64,000 bases of DNA from the NCBI GenBank assembly GCA_964252075.1, contig CAXULY010000008.1, positions 64,001 through 128,000 on the forward strand. Direction: 5' to 3'. This document shows positions 11,110 through 22,023 of this stretch, piece by piece. This stretch comes from an uncultured Deinococcaceae bacterium. Its GTDB lineage: Bacteria; Deinococcota; Deinococci; Deinococcales; Deinococcaceae. Position 1 is the first letter of the stretch. Every line of letters starts with the position of its first letter. A program made the position numbers and the translations under genes. The notes under the pieces were generated by a model. The model worked only from the letters and a program-made list of their open reading frames with translations. It made no database searches and was not told where the DNA came from.

Positions 11110-11137
11110 GCGCCCCGTGGATCACTCCACGGGGCGC
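11110..11137. terminator. Hairpin between convergent FUSC and clpC genes
   Basis: GCGCCCCGTGGA-tcac-TCCACGGGGCGC, flanked by AAAA on the left. Confidence 0.75.
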
Positions 11138-11150
11138 CCTTCGTCGTTGG

Positions 11151-13379
<2,229 letters not shown>

Positions 13380-13740
13380 GGCCTACCCCCAAGTCGGGCT
13401 CGAGCTCGGCGCTGGGGCGCGTTTTCGCTCATAGTGGATTCTACTCTATGGTCCTTTGAAGCCGGGTAGAGCGTCACATGTCACCATGTACGCCACGAAC
13501 GTAACGAACGGCCAACGTGCCCATCACGAACCAAACGTGCCGTCGGAAAGGCCGCGCGCAGGGGCAGCACCTCGGGAAAACCCCGCCCTGGACCGCACGA
13601 AACGCGCCCGAACGCCCCTGCATTCTAGCGGCGGCGGCCCCACAGCGGCGCAGACTTGCCCCCACCGCATGAGGCGCCGCTCTAGGATGACGGCCATGCC
13701 TGACGCCCACGCCCCAGCACCCCGAAACGCAGGGGCCTGA

Positions 13741-14019
13741 ATGCCGCTCCTGCGCCTCGAAATCCTCACGGACGGCCTTGACCCCGGCACGCGCGAAGCC
13801 CTACTGGAAACCATCTGGGAGGAACTGCGCATCAGCCCCGGCATGGTGACCGCCGACGGGAACTTCGAACTGGCCCTCGTGCGCGGCGGCGAGCCGGACG
13901 AGGCGCCCAGCCTGCGCCTCGCGGACAGCCTGCACGTGCGCGTCACGCCCGAGCGCCTGCGCGACCTGTTGCGCCAGCGCCGCCCCGACCGCGCCGGAGG
14001 CATTCGCCGGAGCAGCTGA
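13741..14019 (+). CDS. Small NuoE C-terminal (thioredoxin-like ferredoxin) related protein lacking cysteines
   Basis: ELRISPGMVTADGNFELALV...APSLRL...VTPERLRDLL parallels the NuoE pattern LGI.PG.TT.DG.F.L..V.C...C..AP...TPE. Confidence 0.6.
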   Translation: MPLLRLEILTDGLDPGTREALLETIWEELRISPGMVTADGNFELALVRGGEPDEAPSLRLADSLHVRVTPERLRDLLRQRRPDRAGGIRRSS

Positions 14020-14058
14020 GCGGCAGGCTGGGGCCCGCCCCTCGATTATGATGGCCGC

Positions 14059-14778
14059 ATGAAAGCCCCTCACCTGGCCCTCGCGGGCGTGGGCCTGCTG
14101 CTCACCGCCTGCCTGGACGATGGCCTCCCCAACCCCACCCCGTCGTCCGTGGTGCTCGGCGTCCGCCTCTCCGCGCCCGCGCCGCAGGATCTGCGGGTCG
14201 TCGCGTACGCCGCGCTGTTCGACCAGGGCCAGGACCGGGGGGTGACACTGGTGGGCTCGAACAGCGTGGCGCCCGGCAGCACACAGGGCCAGCTGTTCCT
14301 CTCGACCTCCGCGCTGGACGCCGTGCAGCGTGACCCGATGTGCTTCGGCCCCGTGAAGAGCGCCGACCCGACGCACCCCAGCCTGGACACCAGGGACCTC
14401 GACCAGGGCACGCTGATCGTGACGCCCGACACCGCGAACACCTGCATGGTGTTCATCGCGGCGTACCGGGACCTGAACGGCAACAACCAGCCGGAGGAAT
14501 CCGAGGTGCTGTTCGACACGCACGACCAGTTCGTGTACGCCGACCGGGACTTCACGTACAGCGGCGAGGACGCGGGCACGCACCACGCCACGGAGCGCGG
14601 CAACCGCCTGAAGGGCTGGACGCTGGTGCGGCACACGGTCATCGCGCCGTCGAACGCGCCCGGCACGTATCAGCTCAGCATGAACAGCGTGACCCCGACC
14701 ACCAGCAACACCTACGACGTGTTCCTGCATGAACCCAGCAACTTCTTCACCAGCATGAGCGTGGGGGGGCGCAAGTGA
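14059..14778 (+). CDS. Hypothetical lipoprotein (paralog 1)
   Basis: Lipobox LLLTAC; DLNGNN loop; TATGAT 6 nt before the ATG. Confidence 0.85.
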   Translation: MKAPHLALAGVGLLLTACLDDGLPNPTPSSVVLGVRLSAPAPQDLRVVAYAALFDQGQDRGVTLVGSNSVAPGSTQGQLFLSTSALDAVQRDPMCFGPVKSADPTHPSLDTRDLDQGTLIVTPDTANTCMVFIAAYRDLNGNNQPEESEVLFDTHDQFVYADRDFTYSGEDAGTHHATERGNRLKGWTLVRHTVIAPSNAPGTYQLSMNSVTPTTSNTYDVFLHEPSNFFTSMSVGGRK

Positions 14779-15392
14779 GGCGCGCCGCGCTGCTCGCCCT
14801 CGGCCTGCTGCTTGCCGCCTGCTCGCAGGGCGAGCCCAGCGGGGGCGGGCGCCCGGACCTCCCGGAAACCAGCCGCGTGGCGTTCCCCGCCGCGCCCGGC
14901 GGCGCGAGCGTGTACCTCAGCCTCCTCACAGACGACGGTCAGACGCTGTACCAGCGGGCCGTCCCGGCGGGCGCCACCGAGGTGAGTGTCAGCCCCGCCC
15001 AGTGGCTGAACGTCACGCCCCCCACCGTGCCCGCCCTCACGCTCGTGCCGGACGACGCGCAGGACGTGCGCCTCTCGGACCCGGGCGCGCGGATCGCGCT
15101 CTTCCACTGGACCCTCTGGCAGGACGCCAACGCGGACGGACGCCTCCAGAACGGCGAGGCACTGGACCTCATGACGCACGACCGCGTCGCGTACGCCAGC
15201 GCGGCCTTCACGCTGACCTTCCAGGACCTCACGCCGGACATGCAGGAGCGCTGGACGCTCCCGCAGGGCTGGAGCCGCGCGAGTCACTACGTGTACCTGC
15301 CGAAGGGCAGCACCACGTACCGCCGCAGCGTGGACGGCGTGCCCACCTACGACTTCACGCTGCACACCCCCACGCCTGTCACGAGCATGTGA
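14775..15392 (+). CDS. Hypothetical lipoprotein (paralog 2)
   Basis: Lipobox LLLAAC; DANADG loop; GTGA overlap with the upstream gene. Confidence 0.85.
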   Translation: MRRAALLALGLLLAACSQGEPSGGGRPDLPETSRVAFPAAPGGASVYLSLLTDDGQTLYQRAVPAGATEVSVSPAQWLNVTPPTVPALTLVPDDAQDVRLSDPGARIALFHWTLWQDANADGRLQNGEALDLMTHDRVAYASAAFTLTFQDLTPDMQERWTLPQGWSRASHYVYLPKGSTTYRRSVDGVPTYDFTLHTPTPVTSM

Positions 15393-15452
15393 CGCGGCAC
15401 TCGTCTGGCCCTGCGCTCGCACGAGGGGGCGCGCGCGGGCCAGAATGAGGGC

Positions 15453-16607
15453 ATGCCCGACCACATTCCCCTGAACCGCCGCCGACTGATCGCCCCCGGA
15501 CCCGTGGAGGTCGAGCCGGAGGTGCTGCTCACGCTCGCGCAGCCGCAGCCGCACCACCGCTCGCCCGAAGGCATCGCGCGCCTGATGTCGGCGCGGGAGA
15601 AACTCACGCAGCTGCTGGGCGACCCGTACCAGGCGGTCATTGTGACGGGCAGCGGCACCGCCGCCTTCGAGGGCGCCCTCGTGAGCCTCGCGCCGGAGGG
15701 TGCGAAGGTCGTGAACGCGCAGGCCGGGAAGTTCAGCGAGCGCTGGGGCGAGATGGCGCAGCGCTTCGGGTACGACACCACCCTGATCGCGCGGCCCTGG
15801 GGTGAGCTGCTGGACCCGCAGGAGATCGCGGACGCCTGCCAGGGCGCGCACACCCTCACCATCACGCACAGCGAGACCAGCACGGGCGCCCTGCACGACC
15901 TGCAGGCCATCGCGGCCGCCGCGAAGGCGCAGAACCCGGACCTCATCATCATCGCGGACTGCATCACCAGTTACGGCGTGGCGGAACTGCGCCCCGCCGA
16001 GTGGGGCGTGGACGTGATCGTGAGCGGCTCGCAGAAGGCGACCGCCACGCCGCCCGGCCTGGGCTTCGTGCTGTTCAGCGAGGCGGCCGAGGCGCGCCTC
16101 ATCGCGGGCACCCGCAAGGGCTTCTACCTGGACCTGGAGCGCGAGCTGAAGGGCCAGAAGGCCGGGAACACCCCGCAGACGCCCGCCATCAACCTGATTT
16201 ACGCGCTGGATCAGGCGCTCGACCGTCTGCTCTCGGTGCCGCACGAGGTGCTGTGGCAGGAGAAGGCGCGGCAGGCGAACGCGCTCGTCGCGGCGGGCCG
16301 CGCGCTCGGCGCGGACCCCTGGGCGAGCCGCACGACGCCCGCCGTGGCGGTCCTGAAGCCGCCCGCCGGCCTCACGGGGCGTGGCGTGGCGGCGCGCCTC
16401 GCGGAGCTCGGGCAGCGCGCCCTGCCAGGGCAGGCGCCGCACGAGGACACGGTGTTCCGCATCTCGACCCTCGGGTACGCTGACCGCTACGACGCGCTCG
16501 GCATCGCGGGCATCCTGGAGGACACCTTCAACGGCCTGGGCGTGCAGTTCGAGTACGGCGCGGGGGTCGCGGCCGCCTGGAAGGCCATCGGGCAGGGCCT
16601 CGACTGA
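15453..16607 (+). CDS. Class V PLP-dependent aminotransferase (serine/alanine-glyoxylate type)
   Basis: [30 protein letters not shown] (PLP Lys), PPGL, TPQTP. Confidence 0.93.
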   Translation: MPDHIPLNRRRLIAPGPVEVEPEVLLTLAQPQPHHRSPEGIARLMSAREKLTQLLGDPYQAVIVTGSGTAAFEGALVSLAPEGAKVVNAQAGKFSERWGEMAQRFGYDTTLIARPWGELLDPQEIADACQGAHTLTITHSETSTGALHDLQAIAAAAKAQNPDLIIIADCITSYGVAELRPAEWGVDVIVSGSQKATATPPGLGFVLFSEAAEARLIAGTRKGFYLDLERELKGQKAGNTPQTPAINLIYALDQALDRLLSVPHEVLWQEKARQANALVAAGRALGADPWASRTTPAVAVLKPPAGLTGRGVAARLAELGQRALPGQAPHEDTVFRISTLGYADRYDALGIAGILEDTFNGLGVQFEYGAGVAAAWKAIGQGLD

Positions 16608-16609
16608 GG

Positions 16610-17122
16610 ATGCACGCCACCCCTGGAGGAGGGCCGAGCGGTGAGCACCCCGCAGGGGCGCCCACCCTCTTCCTGATGGTGGGGCTGCCGGGCGCGGGCA
16701 AAACGACCGTGGCCCGGCAGCTGGAAGTGCAGCGCGGCGCCCTGCGGCTCTCACCGGACGAGTGGCTAATCCCCCTGTTCGGGGCGGACGAGCACCCCAG
16801 CCCGGCACAGCGGGAGACCGTCGAGGCCCTGCAGTGGGCGGTGGCCGCCCGCGCCCTCGCGCTGGGCCTGAGTGTCGTGCTGGAAAATGGCTTCTGGCGG
16901 CGCGACGAGCGCCAGGACCTGCGCCGGAAGGCGGCGGAGCTCGGCGCGCGGTGCGAATTGGTCTACCTGGACGTGCCGCGCGCCGAGCTGTGGGCCCGCC
17001 TGGAGCGGCGCAACCGTGAGCGCCCGCCCGGCACCTTCACGGTCGCTGCCGCCGACCTGGACACCTGGCTGGGCTGGTTCGAGCCGCCGGACGACGCGGA
17101 ACTCGGTTCGTCCGGCGGCTGA
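16610..17122 (+). CDS. Small P-loop kinase/AAA_33 family ATPase
   Basis: LMVGLPGAGKTT, LSPDEW, VVLENGFW, FEPP. Confidence 0.88.
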   Translation: MHATPGGGPSGEHPAGAPTLFLMVGLPGAGKTTVARQLEVQRGALRLSPDEWLIPLFGADEHPSPAQRETVEALQWAVAARALALGLSVVLENGFWRRDERQDLRRKAAELGARCELVYLDVPRAELWARLERRNRERPPGTFTVAAADLDTWLGWFEPPDDAELGSSGG

Positions 17123-17207
17123 TTCCCGCGGACGGCGGGCCGCCCGAACTCTCATGCAGGGTCGCCTGTCGGCAGACGCTTTTCATCTGGCGCTGTTACC
17201 CTGTGTG

Positions 17208-17266
17208 TACCCTTTCCCTCCCCAATAAAGGGTGGTTGGGCGGCCCACAAGCCGCCCAATCTTTCT
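17208..17266 (+). ncRNA. Candidate small RNA: C-rich-loop hairpin plus intrinsic terminator
   Basis: Extended -10 TGtTACCCT at 17194-17202, hairpin ACCCTTT-ccctccccaat-AAAGGGT, hairpin TTGGGCGGC-ccacaa-GCCGCCCAA (17236-17259), then TCTTTCT. Confidence 0.45.
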
Positions 17267-17281
17267 GCGGCGCCCCAGACG

Positions 17282-18286
17282 TCAGATCAGTCCGGCGCGC
17301 TGCAGTTCCCGCGTGGCCTCCCGCTCGAAGGTGGCGCTCGCCTCCGCGAACGGCACGCGCAGGGTGGCGCCCGCCGCCGCGACGTGCCCGCCGCCGCCGC
17401 ACGCCACGGCGATGTTCTGCGCGCTCACGCGGCCCCGCGAGCGCAACGAGAGCTTCACGCTGTCCCCGTGGTCCTTGAAGAGCGCCGCGAGTTCCGTGCC
17501 CTCGGCGCTGCGGATCACGCTCACGTAGTTCTCCACGTCCTCCCAGCTCGCGCCCGCGCGGTCCAGCATGTCCTGCGTCACACGCGCCGTCACGACCAGC
17601 CCCCCGAACGGGTACGCCATGCTGCCCAGCACGCCCTCCAGCAGCGTGAAGTAATTGCGCGGCTGCTGCGCGAGGTTCTCGTTCATCCACGGCAGGCTCG
17701 CGCCGCGCTCCACGAGGTCCGCGGCGGCGCGTAGCACCTCGGGGGTGGTGTTCGAGAAGCGGAAGGACCCGGTGTCCGTGTTGAGGCCCAGCAGCACGGG
17801 GTTCGCGATGCCCGGCGTCCACTCGACGCCCAGCGCGTTCACGATGTGCAGGATCATCTGCGCGGTGGCGGCCTGACTGGGGTCCACGAGGCCCAGGTCC
17901 GCGCGGCGCCTGTTGGTGCCGTGGTGATCCACATTGATGACCGCGCCCGCGAAGGTGCTGAGGTCGGCGCCCTCCACGCGCGCCGTGTCGTTGTTGTCCA
18001 CGTCGAGCACCACCAGCAGGGCGCCCTCCGGCCAGGCCGTCAGGTGATCCTCGATCTCGCCGGGTTCCGGCACGAACTGCAGGTAGCGCGGCACGCGCAT
18101 GAAGGTGCGGGCGTCCTGGCCGAGCGCGCGCAGGGCGCGCTGCAGGCCCAGGCAGCTTCCGATGGCGTCCCCGTCCGGGTCGACGTGAGAGAGGATCACG
18201 ATGGGACCCTCGTGCGCCCTGAGGCGCGCGGCGATGGCGGCCGTCAGCTCCTCGAAGCGCGGTTCGGCGGCATTGCGGGCAGTCAT
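17282..18286 (-). CDS. DHH family phosphoesterase (NrnA-like oligoribonuclease/PAP phosphatase)
   Basis: SHVDPDGDAIGS, VDHH, DTGSF, SLRS, GGGHVAAAG; TATACT 6 nt before ATG 18286. Confidence 0.93.
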   Translation of the reverse strand: MTARNAAEPRFEELTAAIAARLRAHEGPIVILSHVDPDGDAIGSCLGLQRALRALGQDARTFMRVPRYLQFVPEPGEIEDHLTAWPEGALLVVLDVDNNDTARVEGADLSTFAGAVINVDHHGTNRRRADLGLVDPSQAATAQMILHIVNALGVEWTPGIANPVLLGLNTDTGSFRFSNTTPEVLRAAADLVERGASLPWMNENLAQQPRNYFTLLEGVLGSMAYPFGGLVVTARVTQDMLDRAGASWEDVENYVSVIRSAEGTELAALFKDHGDSVKLSLRSRGRVSAQNIAVACGGGGHVAAAGATLRVPFAEASATFEREATRELQRAGLI

Positions 18287-18345
18287 GCGCAGAGTATACG
18301 GGCCGAATTGTGAAAATCGCACGGCTGGCCCGCTATACTGCGCCG

Positions 18346-19005
18346 GTGGCCCAGCGCCTCAATCTGGCTGCCCTGACCGCCGAGGAGCTCTCACGGCTGC
18401 TCGGGGAGGGACGCGCGCAGCGCCTCCTCCCCGACATCGCGACGGCCCGCATGGCGGGCCGACCGTACCCCGGACCGCTGGTGCCGGTGGGGGCGCCCTT
18501 CGAGCCGGTCGAGGCGCGCGCGTGGGGCGCGACCCTCGATCACGCGCGCGCGCTGACCGACATGGCGGCCACCCTGCGCGAGCTAGGCTTCACGGACCTC
18601 GGCGCCCTGCGCGCGCCCGGCGAGCTGAACGCCCCGTACCGCCTGGCCTTCGTGAACGGCCAGGACAGCGCCGCCATGTTGAGCTGGGATGAAGCGCCGG
18701 GTGGGCCGGAGCCCTTCGCGCAGTTCCTGAGCCTCCTGCGGGACCGCGCGAGCGGGCTGGCGGCCGTGCTGACCAGCAGCGCCGCGCAGGCGCCCGCGCC
18801 CGCCCCGAGCGAGGAGACGGACCTGCAGGTGCTGCCGGGCGCGCCCCTCAGCGAGGTGTGGGCGGCGCACCAGGCGCGCCTGATCAGACAGGGGCGCGGT
18901 CAGAAAATGGCGACGCTGGCGGACTTCGAGCGCGCCTGGGAGACGCAGCTGGCCCTCGACCTGACCGCCTGGGCGCGCCGAGGCCTCATGATGGAAGCCA
19001 CATGA
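18346..19005 (+). CDS. Hypothetical protein
   Basis: Typical codon bias; TATACT 6 nt before GTG 18346; first gene of an overlapping gene run. Confidence 0.75.
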   Translation: MAQRLNLAALTAEELSRLLGEGRAQRLLPDIATARMAGRPYPGPLVPVGAPFEPVEARAWGATLDHARALTDMAATLRELGFTDLGALRAPGELNAPYRLAFVNGQDSAAMLSWDEAPGGPEPFAQFLSLLRDRASGLAAVLTSSAAQAPAPAPSEETDLQVLPGAPLSEVWAAHQARLIRQGRGQKMATLADFERAWETQLALDLTAWARRGLMMEAT

Positions 19006-19670
19006 TGGACGCGACGAGCCCCGACCTCATCCCCCCACGCCCCGGACCTGAGCGGCACGTTGCCTTCGACTGGGGCGGCGTGTTCACCGTGGGCACCTTC
19101 GACGGTCGCTCCACCGCGCGCCTCGCCGAGCGCCTCGCGCTGCCCGTGGAGCGGGTGCGCGACAGTTACTTCCGGCACGTGCATCAGCTGGAGGTGGGCG
19201 CCTGGACCCTGCCGGAATTCTGGGTCCAGCAGCAGTCGGAGCTCGGCACCGACCTGCCCTACGTGGACTTCGAGGCGCTGTACCTGGGCAGCGTGCACCG
19301 CAATGAGCCCATGTACGCCCTCCTCGCGCGCCTCCCGGCGGGTGTGCGGGTGGGCCTGCTGAGCAACAACTACCCCGTGGTGAGTGACCACCTGCGCCTG
19401 GATCCGGCCTTCGCGCGCTTCGACACGCTGGTGTTCAGCAACGAACTGGGCGTCAAAAAACCCGATGAGCGGGCCTTCGAGGCGCTGGAGGAGGCGATGG
19501 GCGTGCCCGCCGCACAGGTGGCCTTCGTGGATGACGTGGTGGAAAACATTGAGGCGGCGCAGGCGGCGGGCTTCCACGGCCTGCTGTACGCGCACACCGA
19601 CCACCAGGACTTCGAGCGCCGCCTCGCGGGCTGGCTGGACAGGCCGGTCACGCTGGAGGTCACGCCATGA
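19002..19670 (+). CDS. HAD family phosphatase
   Basis: FDWGGV, LSNN, SNELGVKKPD, FVDDVVENI. Confidence 0.92.
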   Translation: MMDATSPDLIPPRPGPERHVAFDWGGVFTVGTFDGRSTARLAERLALPVERVRDSYFRHVHQLEVGAWTLPEFWVQQQSELGTDLPYVDFEALYLGSVHRNEPMYALLARLPAGVRVGLLSNNYPVVSDHLRLDPAFARFDTLVFSNELGVKKPDERAFEALEEAMGVPAAQVAFVDDVVENIEAAQAAGFHGLLYAHTDHQDFERRLAGWLDRPVTLEVTP

Positions 19671-20011
19671 CGGACGCGCCGGAACGCAGCGCCGTGCGCC
19701 TGCTGCAGGGGTACCTGTGGCACCCCAAGGACGCCGACATCGACCTGGAGAACTACCTGCCGCGCGAGACGGAGGACGCCTTCGTGATGTGGGACGAGGT
19801 GGCGCCGCCCTTCGCCTTCTTCGACAACGGTGAGCCCAGCGCCTCGCAGACCGTCTACCAGTTCACGGTGCTGCGCCTGTACGACCAGAAGCCCGACAAC
19901 GACACCCTGCACGCGCACGCCGAGGCGGTCAGCGCGGCGCTCGCGCCGCTCCTGGACTCCACCCCGGAGGGCGTCGGCTGGGATTTGCGCGAGGACCTGC
20001 GCGAATTATGA
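19667..20011 (+). CDS. Conserved hypothetical protein (DUF3208-like, Deinococcus-Thermus type)
   Basis: AVRLLQGYLWHP, WDE..PPFAFFDNGEP, YQFTVL, TPEGVGW...EDLR. The DUF number is from memory. Confidence 0.7.
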   Translation: MTDAPERSAVRLLQGYLWHPKDADIDLENYLPRETEDAFVMWDEVAPPFAFFDNGEPSASQTVYQFTVLRLYDQKPDNDTLHAHAEAVSAALAPLLDSTPEGVGWDLREDLREL

Positions 20012-20211
20012 CGCTGCGCTGGCTGGACCTGTACATCGAGGGCGACCCGCACCCGCGCCGCTTCGACCGCCTCGACCTGCTGCTCGCGTACCTGCGGCGC
20101 GTGGAGCGCCTGGACGACGCGGCGCTGGAGGAGATCGGGCGGGTGCGGGAGGTCGGGCCGCCCCTCGCGCGCCGCAGCTACCGCATTGACGTGCTGGACG
20201 GTCCGCGCTGA
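20008..20211 (+). CDS. Hypothetical small protein
   Basis: ATGA overlap upstream and TGATG overlap downstream; LYIEGDPHPRRFD. Confidence 0.75.
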   Translation: MTLRWLDLYIEGDPHPRRFDRLDLLLAYLRRVERLDDAALEEIGRVREVGPPLARRSYRIDVLDGPR

Positions 20212-20792
20212 TGGACCTGCCGCCCGACGCCCCCAGCGTCGCCGTGCCCGTGTACGCCGAGGTGTGGGACCTGGAACTCGGCGCGGCCCTCACGGTATTC
20301 CGGCTGTGCGGTGGGGTGAACGCCGCGCACACCGTCGCGCGCTCGCGCGCCAGCGTGGTGGGGGCGGGTGGGCTCGTCACGACGCCGCAGCTGATCTTCG
20401 CGGCGCTGCCAGAACCCGCCGCGGTGTTCGTGCCGGGCGGGCCGGGCGCCGCGAAGGCCGCGCGCGACCCGCTGCTGCGGGAGTTCCTGCGCGACCAGTC
20501 CGCGCGCGGCGTGATCTTGGCGGCGAGCGGCAGCGGCGTGCTGGCGCTCGGTGAGGCGGGCGTCCTGCGGGACCGTCGCGTCGCCACGTCACCGGAACTG
20601 GTGGACACCGTCTGGGGCCACGACGCCAGCGACGTGCAGGCGGGCGGCTGGCTGCAGGACGGCCCGCTCGTGACCGCGCGGGGTGGGGTGGGCGCCCTGC
20701 ACGCGGCGCTCGCGGTGTCGGCGGCCGTGTGGGGGCCGGACGCCGCGCGCGACGCCGCGCAGCGCCTGGACGTGATGTGGGCGCCCGCGTGA
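20211..20792 (+). CDS. DJ-1/PfpI family protein
   Basis: VFVPGGPG, ALGEAGVL..RRVAT, DGPLVTARG; the nucleophile Cys appears to be absent. Confidence 0.82.
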   Translation: MDLPPDAPSVAVPVYAEVWDLELGAALTVFRLCGGVNAAHTVARSRASVVGAGGLVTTPQLIFAALPEPAAVFVPGGPGAAKAARDPLLREFLRDQSARGVILAASGSGVLALGEAGVLRDRRVATSPELVDTVWGHDASDVQAGGWLQDGPLVTARGGVGALHAALAVSAAVWGPDAARDAAQRLDVMWAPA

Positions 20793-20805
20793 CCCCCGTG
20801 CGCCC

Positions 20806-21999
20806 GTGAGCGCGCCCGGCGCCCGCGTCATGACGCCCGCCCTGACGCTGCTGTTCGCGGTGGCGTGCGGGGCGGTCGTGGCGAACCTGTACTACACGCA
20901 GCCCCTGCTGGACGCCATCGGTGCGGCGCTGCGCGTGCCGAGCGCCACGGCGGGCCTGCTCGTGACGGTCACGCAGGTGGGGTACGCACTGGGCCTCGCA
21001 CTCATCGTGCCGCTCGGTGACGCCCTGAACCGCCGCCGGCTGGTGGTGTCGCTGCTGGCCCTCACCGTGGTCGCGCTCGTCGTCGCGGCGAGCGCGCCGG
21101 GCTTCGCGGCGTTCGCGGTTGGCTGCGCCCTGATTGGCCTCACGAGCTGCGCCGCGCAGGTGCTGGTGCCGTTCGCGGCGTCCCTCGCGCCGGACGCCAC
21201 CCGCGGGCGCGTGGTGGGCACCGTGATGAGCGGCCTGCTGCTCGGCATCCTGCTCGCGCGAACCTTCTCCGGGCTGCTCGCGAGCGTGGCGGGCTGGCGC
21301 GCCGTGTACCTCGCGGCGGCCGCCCTGATGCTGGTGCTGCTGCTGGTCCTGGCGCGCGCCCTCCCGCCGGACCGCAGGTCCGGCGGGCTGCCGTACGGGG
21401 CGCTGCTGCGCTCCACCCTGGCGCTCGCGCGGGAGGAACCCACGCTGCGCCTGCGCTCCCTGATGGGCCTCCTGATCTTCGCGGCGTTCAGCGTGCTGTG
21501 GACGGCCCTCGCGTTCCTGCTCTCCCGCCCGCCCTACAGTTACGGCGAGGGCGTCATCGGGGCCTTCGGGCTGATCGGCGCGGCGGGCGCCCTCGCGGCG
21601 GGCTTCGCGGGCCGATGGGCGGACCACGGGCACGCGCGGCGCTCCACCACGGCGTTTGGCGCGCTGATCCTGGTGTCGTTCGGGCTGATCTGGTGGGGCG
21701 GGCACGCCCTCGCCGCGCTCATCGCGGGCATCGTGCTCTTGGACCTGGGCGTGCAGGGCCTGCACATTACGAACCAGAGTGAGGTCTACCGCCTGCGCCC
21801 CGAGGCGCGCAGCCGCGTCACGACCGTGTACCTCACCAGTTACTTCGTGGGCGGCGCGCTCGGTTCCGGCGCCGCGAGCCTCGCGTGGGCGCGGGGCGGC
21901 TGGACCGGCGTGTCCGCCGCTGGGGCGCTGTTCGCGGCGCTGGTGCTGCTGGTGTGGGGTCTCGGCGCGCGAACCCCTCGCGGGTCGGCGCCCCGCTGA
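20806..21999 (+). CDS. MFS transporter
   Basis: ANLYYTQPLL, VPLGDALNRRRL, RGRVVGTVMSGLLLGILLAR, about 12 TM segments. Confidence 0.95.
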   Translation: MSAPGARVMTPALTLLFAVACGAVVANLYYTQPLLDAIGAALRVPSATAGLLVTVTQVGYALGLALIVPLGDALNRRRLVVSLLALTVVALVVAASAPGFAAFAVGCALIGLTSCAAQVLVPFAASLAPDATRGRVVGTVMSGLLLGILLARTFSGLLASVAGWRAVYLAAAALMLVLLLVLARALPPDRRSGGLPYGALLRSTLALAREEPTLRLRSLMGLLIFAAFSVLWTALAFLLSRPPYSYGEGVIGAFGLIGAAGALAAGFAGRWADHGHARRSTTAFGALILVSFGLIWWGGHALAALIAGIVLLDLGVQGLHITNQSEVYRLRPEARSRVTTVYLTSYFVGGALGSGAASLAWARGGWTGVSAAGALFAALVLLVWGLGARTPRGSAPR

Positions 22000-22023
22000 C
22001 CGCCGGGGCGCCGAGCCCGGCCC

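Noticed and set aside
8804..11125. 773-aa minus-strand ORF
   Set aside because: Mostly the antisense shadow of the FUSC gene; only the last 110 aa (from ATG 9136) form a real MazG-like CDS.
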